Source: Chlamydiota bacterium (GTDB lineage Bacteria > Chlamydiota > Chlamydiia > Chlamydiales > JABHNK01). Taken from it: 53,745 bases of DNA. The stretch spans positions 1 through 53,745 of the forward strand of contig JBNJDP010000004.1 in assembly GCA_051744985.1 (NCBI GenBank), written 5' to 3'. Under the pieces are notes generated by a model. It made no database searches, was not told the origin of the DNA, and worked only from the letters and a program-made list of their open reading frames with translations. Positions 1 through 10,221 of this stretch are shown piece by piece. Position 1 is the stretch's first letter, and every line of letters begins with the position of its first letter. Made by a program: the position numbers and the translations under genes.

Positions 1-98
1 TCTCTGTTCTAATTCTTCATAGGTAGGTTTCATGCTAAAATACCTTAAAAAATTTCACTCTATCTTGCAATGCTAATTTGCACCCCGTGACCGATTAC
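1..98 (-). mobile_element. Partial insertion sequence, the end nearest the transposase start (element continues leftward out of the window)
   Basis: Read on the minus strand from 98: GTAATCGGTCACGGG (98->84), a 50-nt leader, then ATG at 33-31 opening MKPTYEELEQR..., which runs off the window. The identical 15-mer occurs in inverted orientation at 53652-53666. An IR beginning GTAA and a coiled-coil-like transposase N-terminus recall the IS66 family. The family assignment is tentative. Confidence 0.5.
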
Positions 99-157
99 GA
101 TTATACAAAAATAGCTTGCGATTATCACTTTGCTTTGTGATGTGAGCTTATAGAAGT

Positions 158-197
158 AAAAAAACCGCGGTAAAGTTATATATTACCGCGGTTTTTT
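158..197. terminator. Bidirectional rho-independent terminator
   Basis: A 7-nt A-run, then a perfect 9-bp stem CCGCGGTAA (165-173) / TTACCGCGG (183-191) with a 9-nt loop, then a 6-nt T-run (192-197). It lies directly downstream of the minus-strand small membrane-protein gene and separates that gene from the IS end. Confidence 0.8.
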
Positions 198-313
198 AGT
201 TTAATATTTCTATTATTTTATCGATCTTTGAAAACGTCTTTGATCAAGTCTATAGCAGATAAGCCAGCTTTGGAAGTGTGATAGACGGTCGATCCTATAG
301 CGATGGACGTTAG

Positions 314-589
314 TCAGCCAACAGTAATGGTTGCGAATATTCCAAGTGGTGGTGCAAAGTTCCAAGCACCTGCAACAAGGAAACACCCTATTGCAGATAG
401 GCTTCCACTAAATATAGTGCCAACAATCGCTTCTGCTAATTTTTGGGCATGTTTATCAGCAATTGAGTTGTTGCTAAGACCCATATTATGATTATCATAC
501 TGGGTTTGGGTGCCAGCGTTAATACTATTGGTTGGACCCATATTATGATTATCATACTGGGTTGAGGTAATACTATTAGTTGGACCCAT
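314..589 (-). CDS. Small repeat-containing membrane protein (91 aa as it stands); probably the 5' part of a gene interrupted by an in-frame TGA
   Basis: AGGAG lies 8 nt upstream of the ATG at 589. The N-terminus carries a tandem peptide repeat (MGPTNSI..TQYDNHN twice). The C-terminus is hydrophobic (AIVGTIFSGSLSAIGCFLVAGAW-NFAPP-LGIFATITVG). The frame stays open for 31 more codons after the TGA at 314-316. Confidence 0.6.
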   Translation of the reverse strand: MGPTNSITSTQYDNHNMGPTNSINAGTQTQYDNHNMGLSNNSIADKHAQKLAEAIVGTIFSGSLSAIGCFLVAGAWNFAPPLGIFATITVG

Positions 590-590
590 A
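478..590. repeat. Imperfect tandem repeat (57-nt and 48-nt units) inside the small membrane-protein gene
   Basis: GACCCATATTATGATTATCATACTGGGTT occurs at 478-506 and 535-563. AATACTATT(G/A)GTTGGACCCA occurs at 521-540 and 569-588. Confidence 0.85.
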
Positions 591-680
591 ATTAATTCTC
601 CTATGAATTAGTTAACTTATGCTTATATTATAGCCCAACTGTGAATTATTTATTTTAAGATAGTGTTAAAGTTTTATTAA

Positions 681-716
681 AATAAAAAAGGGCCGATCCA
701 TTGGATCAGCCCTTTG
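681..716 (-). terminator. Rho-independent terminator of the hrcA-grpE-dnaK operon
   Basis: Hairpin AGGGCCGATCC / GGATCAGCCCT (689-713) with one mismatch. On the minus strand it is followed by a T-run. It starts about 55 nt downstream of the dnaK stop. Confidence 0.7.
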
Positions 717-767
717 TATTAAAAAACCAGTGATAGGGTGAGCTATCGAGGTTTAGAAGAACAAAAT

Positions 768-2693
768 TTATTGTTTTTGATCTTCGTCATCATCGACGAT
801 TTCAACATCAGCATCTTCGACGTTATCTTGTTCTGCAGATCCGGCCTGTTCACCTGGCTGAGGGCCTGCTTCGGGACCCTGTTGACCACCAGCAGCTTGA
901 GCCATAGTTTCACCGATCTTTTGCATAGTAGTGTTGAGCTCCTCGGTCTTTTGCTTCATCTGTTCCAAGTCTTGGCTTTCGATAGCTTTTTTAAGCTCGT
1001 CGACTTTACCTTGGATTTCTTGAGATACCTCAGCAGGGATTTTATCTTTAAAATCTGTGAGGGCCTTTTCGGCGCGGAAGCAAAGAGCGTCGGCTTCATT
1101 TTTTGTCTGAGCCTCTTCGAAGCGTTTTTCATCTTCAGCAGAGTGCTTTTCAGCGTCTTTAACCATGCCGTCGATTTCATCTTCGCTTAGACCAGAAGTT
1201 GCTTGGATCTTGATGCTTTGCTCTTTACCGCTCTGCTTATCTTTAGCGGATACATGGAGGATTCCGTTAGCGTCGATATCGAAGGCAACTTCGATCTGAG
1301 GCGTACCTCGAGGAGCTGGTGGAATATCCGTCAGGTCAAAGCGTCCGATCTCTTTGTTGTCCTTTGCCATCTTGCGCTCACCTTGTAATACTACAATAGT
1401 AACCGCAGGCTGGTTATCGGCAGCAGTAGAGAAGACTTGTTTCTTCTGGGTAGGGATGGTAGTGTTGCGCTCTACCAAAGGAGTCATCACTCCACCTAAG
1501 GTTTCGATCCCCAAAGTTAAAGGGATAACGTCTAGCAAGAGAACATCTTTAACTTCTCCAGCTAACACCCCGCCTTGGATAGCAGCACCTACTGCTACTA
1601 CTTCATCAGGGTTGACGCCTTTGTTAGGCTCGCGTCCGAAGATTTCTTGGACTAGCTTTTGCACTGAAGGCATTCTGGACATTCCGCCTACTAGTAGAAC
1701 ATCTTGAATATCTTCTTTTTTTAGTCCAGCATCTTTTAAGGCTTTATAGCAAGGCTCGCGAGTACGTTCGATCAAGCTCAAAGCTAAATTCTCTAGCTGT
1801 GCTCTGCTGAGGGTTATTTGAAGGTGCTTGGGACCAGAAGCATCCATGGTTATGAAAGGCTGGTTGATTTCGGTGCTTTGGGTTGTAGAAAGCTCACACT
1901 TAGCTTTCTCAGCAGCATCCCTCAAGCGCTGAAGGGCCATCTTATCTTTGCGAAGGTCGATGCCGTTTTCTTTTTTGAATTCCTCAACGATCCAGTTGAT
2001 AATGGCGTTGTCAAAGTCGTCGCCGCCCAAGTGCATATCACCGTTGGTGGCTAACACTTCAAAGACTCCGTCGCCAATTTCTAGGATAGAGATATCGAAG
2101 GTTCCTCCTCCTAAGTCAAAAACAGCGATTTTCTTCTCGACATCTTTGTCTAAGCCGTAAGCTAATGCTGCTGCTGTAGGCTCGGGGATGATACGCTTAA
2201 CATCCAGCCCAGCAATGCGTCCTGCATCTTTAGTAGACTGACGCTGAGAGTCGTTAAAGTATGCAGGAACGGTGATGACAGCCTCTTCGACTTCCTCTCC
2301 GAGGTATTCTTCGGCGGTTTTTTTCATCTTTCTAAGAACATGAGCGCTGACTTCTTCTGGGGGAAGAGTCTTATCATCTACTTTAAAAGCTGCATCGCCA
2401 TTATCTTTTTTTACCACCGGAAAAGACACCGTTTCTAGCTCCGACTGAATTTCGCTATATTTGCGACCTATGAAACGCTTAGCCGAATGGAGGGTTTTTT
2501 CGGGGTTGGTAACAGCTTGGCGCTTAGCAGGGGTTCCTACTAGCATTTCATCGCCTTTAAAAGCGATAATCGAAGGTGTTGTTCTTGTACCTTCGGCGGA
2601 GGTGAGCACTTTAGCTTGTCCACCTTCCATCACTGCTACGCAGGAGTTAGTGGTTCCAAGGTCAATGCCTATAATAGGTTTCTTTTTAGCCAT
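768..2693 (-). CDS. dnaK: Molecular chaperone DnaK (Hsp70)
   Basis: 641 aa with Hsp70 signatures [56 protein letters not shown] and DLGGGTFD, plus an acidic C-terminus. It is very similar by eye to chlamydial DnaK. The start lies 1 nt after the grpE stop. Confidence 0.98.
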   Translation of the reverse strand: MAKKKPIIGIDLGTTNSCVAVMEGGQAKVLTSAEGTRTTPSIIAFKGDEMLVGTPAKRQAVTNPEKTLHSAKRFIGRKYSEIQSELETVSFPVVKKDNGDAAFKVDDKTLPPEEVSAHVLRKMKKTAEEYLGEEVEEAVITVPAYFNDSQRQSTKDAGRIAGLDVKRIIPEPTAAALAYGLDKDVEKKIAVFDLGGGTFDISILEIGDGVFEVLATNGDMHLGGDDFDNAIINWIVEEFKKENGIDLRKDKMALQRLRDAAEKAKCELSTTQSTEINQPFITMDASGPKHLQITLSRAQLENLALSLIERTREPCYKALKDAGLKKEDIQDVLLVGGMSRMPSVQKLVQEIFGREPNKGVNPDEVVAVGAAIQGGVLAGEVKDVLLLDVIPLTLGIETLGGVMTPLVERNTTIPTQKKQVFSTAADNQPAVTIVVLQGERKMAKDNKEIGRFDLTDIPPAPRGTPQIEVAFDIDANGILHVSAKDKQSGKEQSIKIQATSGLSEDEIDGMVKDAEKHSAEDEKRFEEAQTKNEADALCFRAEKALTDFKDKIPAEVSQEIQGKVDELKKAIESQDLEQMKQKTEELNTTMQKIGETMAQAAGGQQGPEAGPQPGEQAGSAEQDNVEDADVEIVDDDEDQKQ

Positions 2694-2694
2694 G

Positions 2695-3294
2695 TTATTC
2701 TCCTTGTTTGTTTTCTTCTTCTTGATTTTGATTGATTTCTAAAATTTCTTCAGCTTCAGCTGCTGGGGTTTTGGCGACCTTAACATGTGCAGGCCTAATG
2801 ATTCTGTCGCCCATCTTGTATCCGGGAGCAAATTCTTCTAAAATCCAGTTGTCTGTTTGTTCTTCGGTTTCTACAGTTTCGATAGCCTCGTGGAAATGAG
2901 GGTCGAAATGGCAGTTTTCAGCATGGTAGATAGTGATACCTTGATTGGCGATAACTTCCTTAAATTGGTTGAGGATCATCTGAAAGCCTAAAGCCCAGTG
3001 TTTAACCTCATCGGACTGTTCTTCAGAAAAGCTAAGAGCTTTATCAAAGTAATCTAAAGAAGGTAAAAATTCTAAGATCACATCTTGGATAATAAATTTG
3101 GTGTGATCTTGCTTTTCTTTCGTCAAGCGCTTTCTTATATTTTCCGATTCGGCTAAAACTCGTAAATACTTGTCTTTATAATCTTCAAGTTCTTCCTTGA
3201 GCTGGTTGAGTTCTTTTTCGGAAATTTCTACCATCTTTTCAGATTCTTCGGATTTATTTTTGTCCTCTTTTTTAGGGGCATCTTTTTTTGACAT
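2695..3294 (-). CDS. grpE: Nucleotide exchange factor GrpE
   Basis: 199 aa with a charged coiled-coil N-terminus ([30 protein letters not shown]) and a beta-rich C-terminus. It sits between hrcA and dnaK. Confidence 0.93.
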   Translation of the reverse strand: MSKKDAPKKEDKNKSEESEKMVEISEKELNQLKEELEDYKDKYLRVLAESENIRKRLTKEKQDHTKFIIQDVILEFLPSLDYFDKALSFSEEQSDEVKHWALGFQMILNQFKEVIANQGITIYHAENCHFDPHFHEAIETVETEEQTDNWILEEFAPGYKMGDRIIRPAHVKVAKTPAAEAEEILEINQNQEEENKQGE

Positions 3295-3310
3295 CGATTA
3301 GTACTCCTTA

Positions 3311-4450
3311 TTATGATTGATCTTCTAGTAGAAGATGTTCTTCCTTGTTCAAATACAGCGAACCTGTTTGAGGGTGGCGGAAGCTAATTTGAAATTTATA
3401 TAAACTTTGGGTTAGGGTGGCGCTTATTTGATCGGCTATTTTCTCTAGCAGTTCAAAATAATGGTCGTAAGGCATTCTGAGAGGCCCTAAAATACCTATA
3501 GCCCCTGTAGGAGAGCGGTTAATATGATAAGGATGGCTGATGACGGCGCAGTGGCTGCCAATACCGACCTCGGATTGGAGATCTTCACCTATCCAATATT
3601 TTTTGCTATTAGTTCTTAATGATTCTTTAAGGAGGTGGCGCATAGCTTCGTCATTTTCAAACAGTGATAAACCACTAGCGAGAGCAAAGGCATCGCTAAA
3701 CTCAGGGTGGGTTAGAAGTCTAGAAAAGCCTGTTTGATGGAGATCCTCATGACTGAAGTTCGAATAGCCTACCATGTAACGAACAATTAGCTCGTCGTAG
3801 AAATCGTGGGCCAAGGATAGTTCTTCATCGCTTAGATCCGTAGGATGGTCGAGCTTGGTCATACGCCAATGAAAATAATTTTCTATTCTCTTTAGCGTAA
3901 AAGAGCTTATCTTAGTATTAGAGAAAAGAGTATGGGTGTGTACAAGTCCAAAATCAGTGATGATAACCCCTAGGCAGCGCTGATCATCAATGTTGACTAG
4001 TTTGATATCTCTAATAAAGTCGTGGTCGAAGCGGGGAGCGGATAAAAATACAGCACATTGGCTTAGCTCGCTGAGAACCTCGGCGGCATTTTGAAGGTAC
4101 CCCGCAATCTCTTTGGTTTCACCGATTTCAAGGCGTGCTAGAAATTTTTCTTCTTGAGGGCTTAGTCCCGTTGTTTTTGTCTGTAGTAAAGTCTTTTCAG
4201 CATATGCCTTGAAAGCCTTGTCAGTAGGGATGCGCCCTCCTGAGGTGTGCTGCTGATGCAAATAACCCTTCTTTTCTAAGTTGGCGAAGTAGTTGCGAAT
4301 GGTTGCAGAACTTAAGTCGCCAAAGCCATGCTCTTTCAATGTTTGCGATCCAATAGGCTTGCTGGAAGTGATATATAAGTCCACTAAACCTAGCAAGACT
4401 AGTTGCTCGCGTTCACTTTTGCTATGCTTTTTTAAGTCATTAAATTTCAT
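3311..4450 (-). CDS. hrcA: Heat-inducible transcription repressor HrcA
   Basis: Carries the HrcA signature SSATIRNYFANLEKKGYLHQQHTSGGRIPTDKAF. I place the start at ATG 4450 (MKFNDLKK...). The longer GTG-initiated ORF to 4522 would run through the CIRCE-like operator. Confidence 0.9.
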   Translation of the reverse strand: MKFNDLKKHSKSEREQLVLLGLVDLYITSSKPIGSQTLKEHGFGDLSSATIRNYFANLEKKGYLHQQHTSGGRIPTDKAFKAYAEKTLLQTKTTGLSPQEEKFLARLEIGETKEIAGYLQNAAEVLSELSQCAVFLSAPRFDHDFIRDIKLVNIDDQRCLGVIITDFGLVHTHTLFSNTKISSFTLKRIENYFHWRMTKLDHPTDLSDEELSLAHDFYDELIVRYMVGYSNFSHEDLHQTGFSRLLTHPEFSDAFALASGLSLFENDEAMRHLLKESLRTNSKKYWIGEDLQSEVGIGSHCAVISHPYHINRSPTGAIGILGPLRMPYDHYFELLEKIADQISATLTQSLYKFQISFRHPQTGSLYLNKEEHLLLEDQS

Positions 4451-4515
4451 ATAAGAAGGAAGATTAAAATTTAAAACACCATCATAACGGACTATATTTT
4501 TATAAGCAACCCTTT

Positions 4516-4542
4516 TTAGCACTCTTATAGTTAGATTGCTGG
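4516..4542 (-). promoter_or_regulatory. CIRCE-like HrcA operator, one perfect arm and one degenerate arm
   Basis: The plus strand reads TTAGCACTC-TTATAGTTA-GATTGCTGG, against the consensus TTAGCACTC-N9-GAGTGCTAA. Arm scores are 9/9 and 6/9. It lies 66 nt upstream of the proposed hrcA ATG, in the only intergenic gap in front of the operon. Confidence 0.45.
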
Positions 4543-4547
4543 ATTAC

Positions 4548-5264
4548 TTAAGTGCAAAGTGTCAGAGCGTATAATTTGGCAGGTTGATCTAAGAGCAGGG
4601 CGTTGGCACAGTCGTTGAGGGTAGTTCCGGTAGTCATAACATCATCGACGATCAAGATGTTTTTATCGACGAGATCGAAATTACGTTTCAAAGTAACTTT
4701 AGAGGGGTGGTTATATTTACGCTGAGAGGCAGGAAGGAAAGTTTGAGAAAAACGGCTATTAGTGATCTGAAAAGGGTTGATGACCTCGACATCGATATAG
4801 TCAGCAAATGCTAAAGCTAGAAGGTGAGCTTGATTGTATCCGCGGCGTAGTCGTCTGAGATAAGAGGTCGGGACAGGAGCGATGAGGTCGGGTTTAGGCC
4901 ATCTCAGACGCATCCACTGGCTATACATTAATTTAGCGGCATAGCCGGCTAAAAAAGGCTGAGAATAATACTTTAGTGACTTTACTATAGTAGCTGCTGC
5001 TCCCTGATAAGGAAGAGCAGCGGCACGCTTTACAAAAGGTGATGGTTTTTTATGACACCTATAGCAATGATTAGTTACAGAATTATACTGGGAGGTGAAA
5101 CAACGTGGGCAGCGTTGGGAAGGGTTGATTATAGTAAGCTCTTCGTAACAGTAGGCACAGAAGATGAAATCAGATGATGGTTCTACTTTTTGAAGACAGT
5201 GGAGGCATAGAGGAGGGAAGCACAGCTGACGAAGCTTGAGAAGGCTACTTTTCAGCATGAGCAT
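4548..5264 (-). CDS. comF: ComF-family protein (zinc-ribbon N-terminus plus phosphoribosyltransferase domain)
   Basis: Four CxxC pairs in the N-terminal 75 aa and the PRPP-binding motif ILIVDDVMTTGTT near the C-terminus. The start overlaps the 3' end of the upstream giant ORF by about 20 nt. Confidence 0.8.
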   Translation of the reverse strand: MLMLKSSLLKLRQLCFPPLCLHCLQKVEPSSDFIFCAYCYEELTIINPSQRCPRCFTSQYNSVTNHCYRCHKKPSPFVKRAAALPYQGAAATIVKSLKYYSQPFLAGYAAKLMYSQWMRLRWPKPDLIAPVPTSYLRRLRRGYNQAHLLALAFADYIDVEVINPFQITNSRFSQTFLPASQRKYNHPSKVTLKRNFDLVDKNILIVDDVMTTGTTLNDCANALLLDQPAKLYALTLCT

Positions 5265-8200
5265 ATTCTACGGGTTGTTTTTGGAAAGTGTAAGAGGGAT
5301 CTTGTAGGGTGCCTCGGATGGTGATAGTAAATAATTCGGCAAGTTTGAAAAGGATGTTGTATTGCTTCATTTTAATTTTAATGTAAAGGTTGCCATTAAA
5401 ATCCATAAAAGAAGTATCGCCTGGCTTTTTTGAGAGGAGGAACTTGGAGATATGACCTTCACTATAAATGTCTTTCAGCTCAGTGAGTTCCACTCTCCCA
5501 TTTCTAATTTGGTATAAGATGGTACCTTTAACAGGAGTGAGCATGTCGGGATCAAGACCGATGCGGGCAATAAGGTCAGCGGGGATAGCTAGCAAAGATT
5601 TCATGCCACTATTTTTTTTGCTGTTGTTGAACTTAAGATAACCATGGCCTTGGTAGCTGTTTTTATTAAAAAGTTCTCCTTGGAGGTTTTCGAGGCGTAG
5701 CTCATCAATAATGAGAGGGCGAGAGGCACCGCGTCCTTGAGATGAGCTTTCATAGAGGATGCTGGGACGCAAATTTTCAATGGATAGATAGGGGGAGAAA
5801 AAATACCAGCCACGATAATCGCTATGCTTAAAACTTATCTGTGGACAGTGGAAAGTGCCAGCATGGTCTTTAACTTGGATGTTTTTAAGGTAGGTATGCT
5901 GAGGAAGCCAATTAATTTGGGCGTATAGGTTGTCAAAGTTGTACCCCAAAAGTCCAAAATGGCGACCTTTAAGGGTGCCTTTAAATCGGATTTTATGCCA
6001 ATCGTCTTTGTTTAGACTGCATTGGCCTACCATTTCATAGCCATCACCAACCTGCAAGCTTTCGAGCTGTTGTTGTAAATATTCGGGGAATAACCACTTA
6101 AGTTCAGCGAAGTTCATTTGCACCTTTCCTTGGAAGAGGTAGGCTTGGTTTGAGGAATAGTTGCGTAGAGGTAAGATATAAGCTTTAAGACCCGAAAAAT
6201 TACCTTCGATAGTATCGAACTGTAATCCTTGGCTTTCTGAGCGATGCCAGTTGCAGGTTAGCGGCTGCAAACCTTTTACATGTAGCTCTTCAGGAGATTC
6301 ATCACTTAAATTGAGCTGGCCTTCTTTAAGATCAGGGAAGTCAGCAGAGCCATGAACCCAGAAAGTGTGTTGATGGTAGCGGTATTGTGAGGCCCAGTAC
6401 AGTTGATGCAAGTGATAAGAGAGGGTAGAATTTTTAATGTCGTGGTCATAGTTAAGAAAACGGTATGTGCCAGCCTTTAAAGAAAGATCCCATGAAAAGT
6501 CATCGGGGAAAGCGTATAGGCTGAAGCTTCCTTGAAGAGGGGAATTTTTTTTGAGGGTCGGCAGTTCTTCCAAAAATAGGTGTCGAGAATGGTTGTCGAA
6601 AGTTTTTTCTAAAAGGCTACGTAAGCTTTTAAGGTGATGGTAGGGGATAGAAAATTCTAGCCCTTCGAAGGCTAGGGAATGAGTATCTATGCGGTATTTA
6701 AATTTGTTGAGAGTAAACTGCAAATTGTTACTAGGATATCGATTGGTAAACTTTATGCCGTTAATGATCGGATTATCTAAAGCTATCTTTATATGAGAAT
6801 CGATCTCCCATAAACGCTCAGGAACCTTTAAGAAGATTTTCATGTCGCCAGCAGCTTGTAAGTTCCCTTGAGGGAACCAATCTTTTAGTACCGAGGAAAT
6901 AAGGGGGAACTTATCATGGTCAGCGAGGTTCATCTGGAAATTATTTAAATGCCCTTGAAAAAAGCCTTCCTTAGGATGATAATCACCTTCTAAGTCAAAA
7001 ATTACTCTGTGATGAAAAGAACCGTGAAGTTCCTCTAAACGCCACAGATTTTCTTTTTGTAGGAGTCGGCTGTTTATTTCAAGGCCATCGCATTTATAGT
7101 TGTTGACTGTCCACAACTTTCCTTGCTTGGAACCTTGCCATGATAAGCTATTTACAAGGCTATCACCTACTGTTAAGTCATCACCATCGAAAGCAAAATT
7201 ATAAGCCTTTGGGGAAGGGTCAAAGGAGATAGAGCCTTTCAGCTCTCCTAGAAGGGGTAGATCTTGGTAAATGTTAAGGGGATCGCTAGGGATATCGATT
7301 AAGCCGGCTTTAAGAAGGCGTGAAAGGTTAGCTATTAGCGAGTATAAGGGAACTTGAGGGTAAGCTTCTAAAGCTGTAATTTCTCCTAAAGAGCTAGTTT
7401 TAAGATTAACGATATGAGGATTAATGTCTCCAAAGTGAGTAAGCTGTTCATCGAAAGTCCAATGATAGATTGGAGATTCTTTTTGTATCTGGCCTTTAAA
7501 GCGGGCGATTTCACCAATAGAGAAAGCTGTTAAAGAAAGATCAAAATCAGAGGTTTGGGGAGTAAATGTTATCGAGGGAATGTTTATCTCATAGGAGTCC
7601 TGTTGACCTTGGGGGCCGACAGTTAAGCTACCTTTTCCGTCCTTAAGAGTCAATTTTTCGCTGGGGTAGAGGTATTCTAAGTCTACAGAGCCATTATAAA
7701 GTGATAAATTGTTAGGGGAATACGACCCTTCACCATTGAGTATCTGGCCGTATAAAGCGGTTTCAAGATCTAATTTGCCGGAGTGGATCTTCATGGTAAT
7801 TAAAGAAGGATGAGGACCATTATTTACTAAGCCTTGGTAAGGATAATCCCATGTTGGAAGATCTATAAAATGAGAACAAAAATTCTGAAGGTCGGGTAGC
7901 TTACTGCTGTATTCTTGGATGGTAAAATCGATGGTTGTTGTATCTGAAAGAGTATGATCTATATCAATGTTACCTTGAAAAGCTACTTCTTCACAGCTGG
8001 TAGTAATATCGGCAATATTGATAGAGCCTTCTTTGAAATTAACCATAGCGGAAATGTCTTCGAAAATTATTCCCGAATTTTTTTCTAAATACCAGGCTTT
8101 TTCGATGGGAAGATACCCCATATAGGTGTGGTTGATAAAATCATAAGAGTGATAGCCATAATTATCATTGTTAACTCCCACATCGGGTAGGTTGATCTCT

Positions 8201-10221
8201 AAGTTGCTATTGGTAAGAGTTACATCAGACACTTGATATTCAAAAGAAAGGCTTTTAGATGTGAATTTTCCCTGGAGTTGGCCTTGACCGCTGATCGAAA
8301 AGTTGTCATTTTTAAAAATAAAGGGGCTAGCAAACTTTTGCAATGGTAATTGTGAGATGCTGAAATACCCCTTTTCAAGGGATAAGGCCGAGGTGTTGAA
8401 ACCAAAAAGAAGTTTGCTGTATTCGGTGTTATTAGAAATCGTTGCTTGCCCTTCACCTTCTATTCCACCTTGATAGGGCATGAGTGTAGTATTTACAATT
8501 ATATTGTCGTCAGGAAAGCCTTTGTTGATGGCAGTTTTTATGTTGTCATTAAAGAGGGATGCAAAGTCGCTACCCAAGCCTTCTAAGCGGCAAGCGAGAG
8601 CTTGGTCTTGCTGGGAGCCATCAACTTCGGCATTGACCTTAATATTACCACATTGTGCTGTAAGGGCAGATTTTATGATCACCCCTTCATCGATAACTAG
8701 CTCGGAATTTATTCTTTCCAATTCCAAAGAAGGTAAGATAGGAGTATAGCATTTGATACTACCTTCGTTAAGGCTCAAGGAGGTGGTTAGGGTCGTTGAA
8801 GGATAGGGGTGGCTAAAGTCTATGTTTGCCGTCCCCTGAGCTTTTGATAGAAAGCCTTGTACTCTATGAGTTTCTGATTGAAAGGAGGCATCTTTGAGGG
8901 AAAGATTTTTGATCTCCACCAGGGAAATTTGTTCTTCACTTAAACCTAGAGAGATGTTGCCGTCGAAAGTTCCTCCTAAGATACTAAAATCTGAGGAATA
9001 CTGGGAGATAATAAAATCGAGCTCGTGTTGAGTTAAATTACTGAAAGATAAATCCAAATAGTTTTGAGGATCCATAATCATGGCAATTTTGCGAGGGGCA
9101 TTGCCGGGAGGTTTAATGGTTAATTGACTTTGGATAAAAGGCCTATCAAAGGCTATAAGGTTCATAGTGCCTTCAAGCTCAAGCGGATAACGTTGGTCTA
9201 GAGCTTTAATTCCATGTCCTTTTAGATGACTTATTCCATCCACAATTTCCAGTTCTCCACTGATAGCTTCGATGGAGTTATAAGGTAAGTTAAGATAACC
9301 ATCTTCAGGGATAATAACATAGCTATCGGTAGTGCTTATTAGGGCATTAAAAGTTTCGATAAGACTATTAGGAGGAGAGGACGGGAATTGGTAATGCGCA
9401 TGGTTTTCAAAGAAAAAGTCTACAAGAGGAGCCTCAAATTCTGTTGATCCTTGAGGGGAAGAAACTATAAGGTTGGAGAGTGCCAGCTTACCTCCTAAAG
9501 AGGGTGCTGATAAAGCTGGGCGCTCTAAGTTTAAAATACCATCGAGGGTACCTTTATGCCATTGTCCTCTTTTTACTATGCTGGGGTAAAAGAAAGCTAT
9601 AGTATCAAAAAGGGGCCGGCCTGATGTGTGGTAGAAGGTTAGTGATGAGTGCTGATCTCCTTCGAATTCTTGATGATGAAAGCTTAAAGAGCCTTCATCT
9701 TGTGAAAAAGATATCTTTAAATCCGTTTCATTCCTGGGAGAGGGAAGACGATAGCCTGAAAAAGTGATCTCCTCCCGCAGGGTGGCTTCTTCATAAAGCT
9801 TGCAGGACCCATGGTTAAAGCTTAGCTTTGCCGTTAGTTGAGGAGTAAAAATTAACTTCTTAATATCGAAAGGAAGAGGAGGTAATGCACTAGATTTTTT
9901 AGTGATCTGGATTTCTGGTGAGAAGAGTCTAATATTAGGAATAATTTTAAAATGAGCCAGATCGACGTTGTAGCTAATTTCTACCCTTTCCGCTTTAAAT
10001 TGATAACTCCCTTCTTGGTGATTGAAAAAAGTGACGTTGGCGATCTTAACTCGTCCGTCATCAGTAATGGATGTTTTTTCATAAGCCGCTTGGGAGTTAA
10101 AAGCTTGTTCACAAAAGATGTTTAGCCGCCATTCTACCAGCTTGACAAAAAGCGGCTGACGAAAAGCCACGATTCCTATGGCCATCAGGACGATAAGGTT
10201 AAGAAAGATGAATTTTTTCAT
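5245..10221 (-). CDS. Giant envelope protein with an N-terminal signal anchor, AsmA/TamB-like by architecture only
   Basis: An uninterrupted ORF of about 1660-1690 aa. The likely start is MKKFIFLNLIVLMAIGIVAF (ATG 10221); the ORF track extends it to 10320. It has beta-rich, low-complexity-free composition and no catalytic motif I recognise. Its existence as a gene is certain, but the family call is weak. Confidence 0.5.
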   Translation of the reverse strand: MKKFIFLNLIVLMAIGIVAFRQPLFVKLVEWRLNIFCEQAFNSQAAYEKTSITDDGRVKIANVTFFNHQEGSYQFKAERVEISYNVDLAHFKIIPNIRLFSPEIQITKKSSALPPLPFDIKKLIFTPQLTAKLSFNHGSCKLYEEATLREEITFSGYRLPSPRNETDLKISFSQDEGSLSFHHQEFEGDQHSSLTFYHTSGRPLFDTIAFFYPSIVKRGQWHKGTLDGILNLERPALSAPSLGGKLALSNLIVSSPQGSTEFEAPLVDFFFENHAHYQFPSSPPNSLIETFNALISTTDSYVIIPEDGYLNLPYNSIEAISGELEIVDGISHLKGHGIKALDQRYPLELEGTMNLIAFDRPFIQSQLTIKPPGNAPRKIAMIMDPQNYLDLSFSNLTQHELDFIISQYSSDFSILGGTFDGNISLGLSEEQISLVEIKNLSLKDASFQSETHRVQGFLSKAQGTANIDFSHPYPSTTLTTSLSLNEGSIKCYTPILPSLELERINSELVIDEGVIIKSALTAQCGNIKVNAEVDGSQQDQALACRLEGLGSDFASLFNDNIKTAINKGFPDDNIIVNTTLMPYQGGIEGEGQATISNNTEYSKLLFGFNTSALSLEKGYFSISQLPLQKFASPFIFKNDNFSISGQGQLQGKFTSKSLSFEYQVSDVTLTNSNLEINLPDVGVNNDNYGYHSYDFINHTYMGYLPIEKAWYLEKNSGIIFEDISAMVNFKEGSINIADITTSCEEVAFQGNIDIDHTLSDTTTIDFTIQEYSSKLPDLQNFCSHFIDLPTWDYPYQGLVNNGPHPSLITMKIHSGKLDLETALYGQILNGEGSYSPNNLSLYNGSVDLEYLYPSEKLTLKDGKGSLTVGPQGQQDSYEINIPSITFTPQTSDFDLSLTAFSIGEIARFKGQIQKESPIYHWTFDEQLTHFGDINPHIVNLKTSSLGEITALEAYPQVPLYSLIANLSRLLKAGLIDIPSDPLNIYQDLPLLGELKGSISFDPSPKAYNFAFDGDDLTVGDSLVNSLSWQGSKQGKLWTVNNYKCDGLEINSRLLQKENLWRLEELHGSFHHRVIFDLEGDYHPKEGFFQGHLNNFQMNLADHDKFPLISSVLKDWFPQGNLQAAGDMKIFLKVPERLWEIDSHIKIALDNPIINGIKFTNRYPSNNLQFTLNKFKYRIDTHSLAFEGLEFSIPYHHLKSLRSLLEKTFDNHSRHLFLEELPTLKKNSPLQGSFSLYAFPDDFSWDLSLKAGTYRFLNYDHDIKNSTLSYHLHQLYWASQYRYHQHTFWVHGSADFPDLKEGQLNLSDESPEELHVKGLQPLTCNWHRSESQGLQFDTIEGNFSGLKAYILPLRNYSSNQAYLFQGKVQMNFAELKWLFPEYLQQQLESLQVGDGYEMVGQCSLNKDDWHKIRFKGTLKGRHFGLLGYNFDNLYAQINWLPQHTYLKNIQVKDHAGTFHCPQISFKHSDYRGWYFFSPYLSIENLRPSILYESSSQGRGASRPLIIDELRLENLQGELFNKNSYQGHGYLKFNNSKKNSGMKSLLAIPADLIARIGLDPDMLTPVKGTILYQIRNGRVELTELKDIYSEGHISKFLLSKKPGDTSFMDFNGNLYIKIKMKQYNILFKLAELFTITIRGTLQDPSYTFQKQPVEYAHAEK

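Noticed and set aside
738-1190. 150-aa plus-strand ORF, with several others up to 2742, lying antisense to dnaK
   Set aside because: These are shadow ORFs inside a highly conserved Hsp70 gene. They have low-complexity Leu/Phe/Ser-rich translations, no RBS and no independent support.
4451-4522. GTG-initiated 24-codon N-terminal extension of hrcA given by the ORF track
   Set aside because: The extension overlaps the perfect CIRCE arm. The conserved HrcA sequence begins after the internal ATG at 4450.
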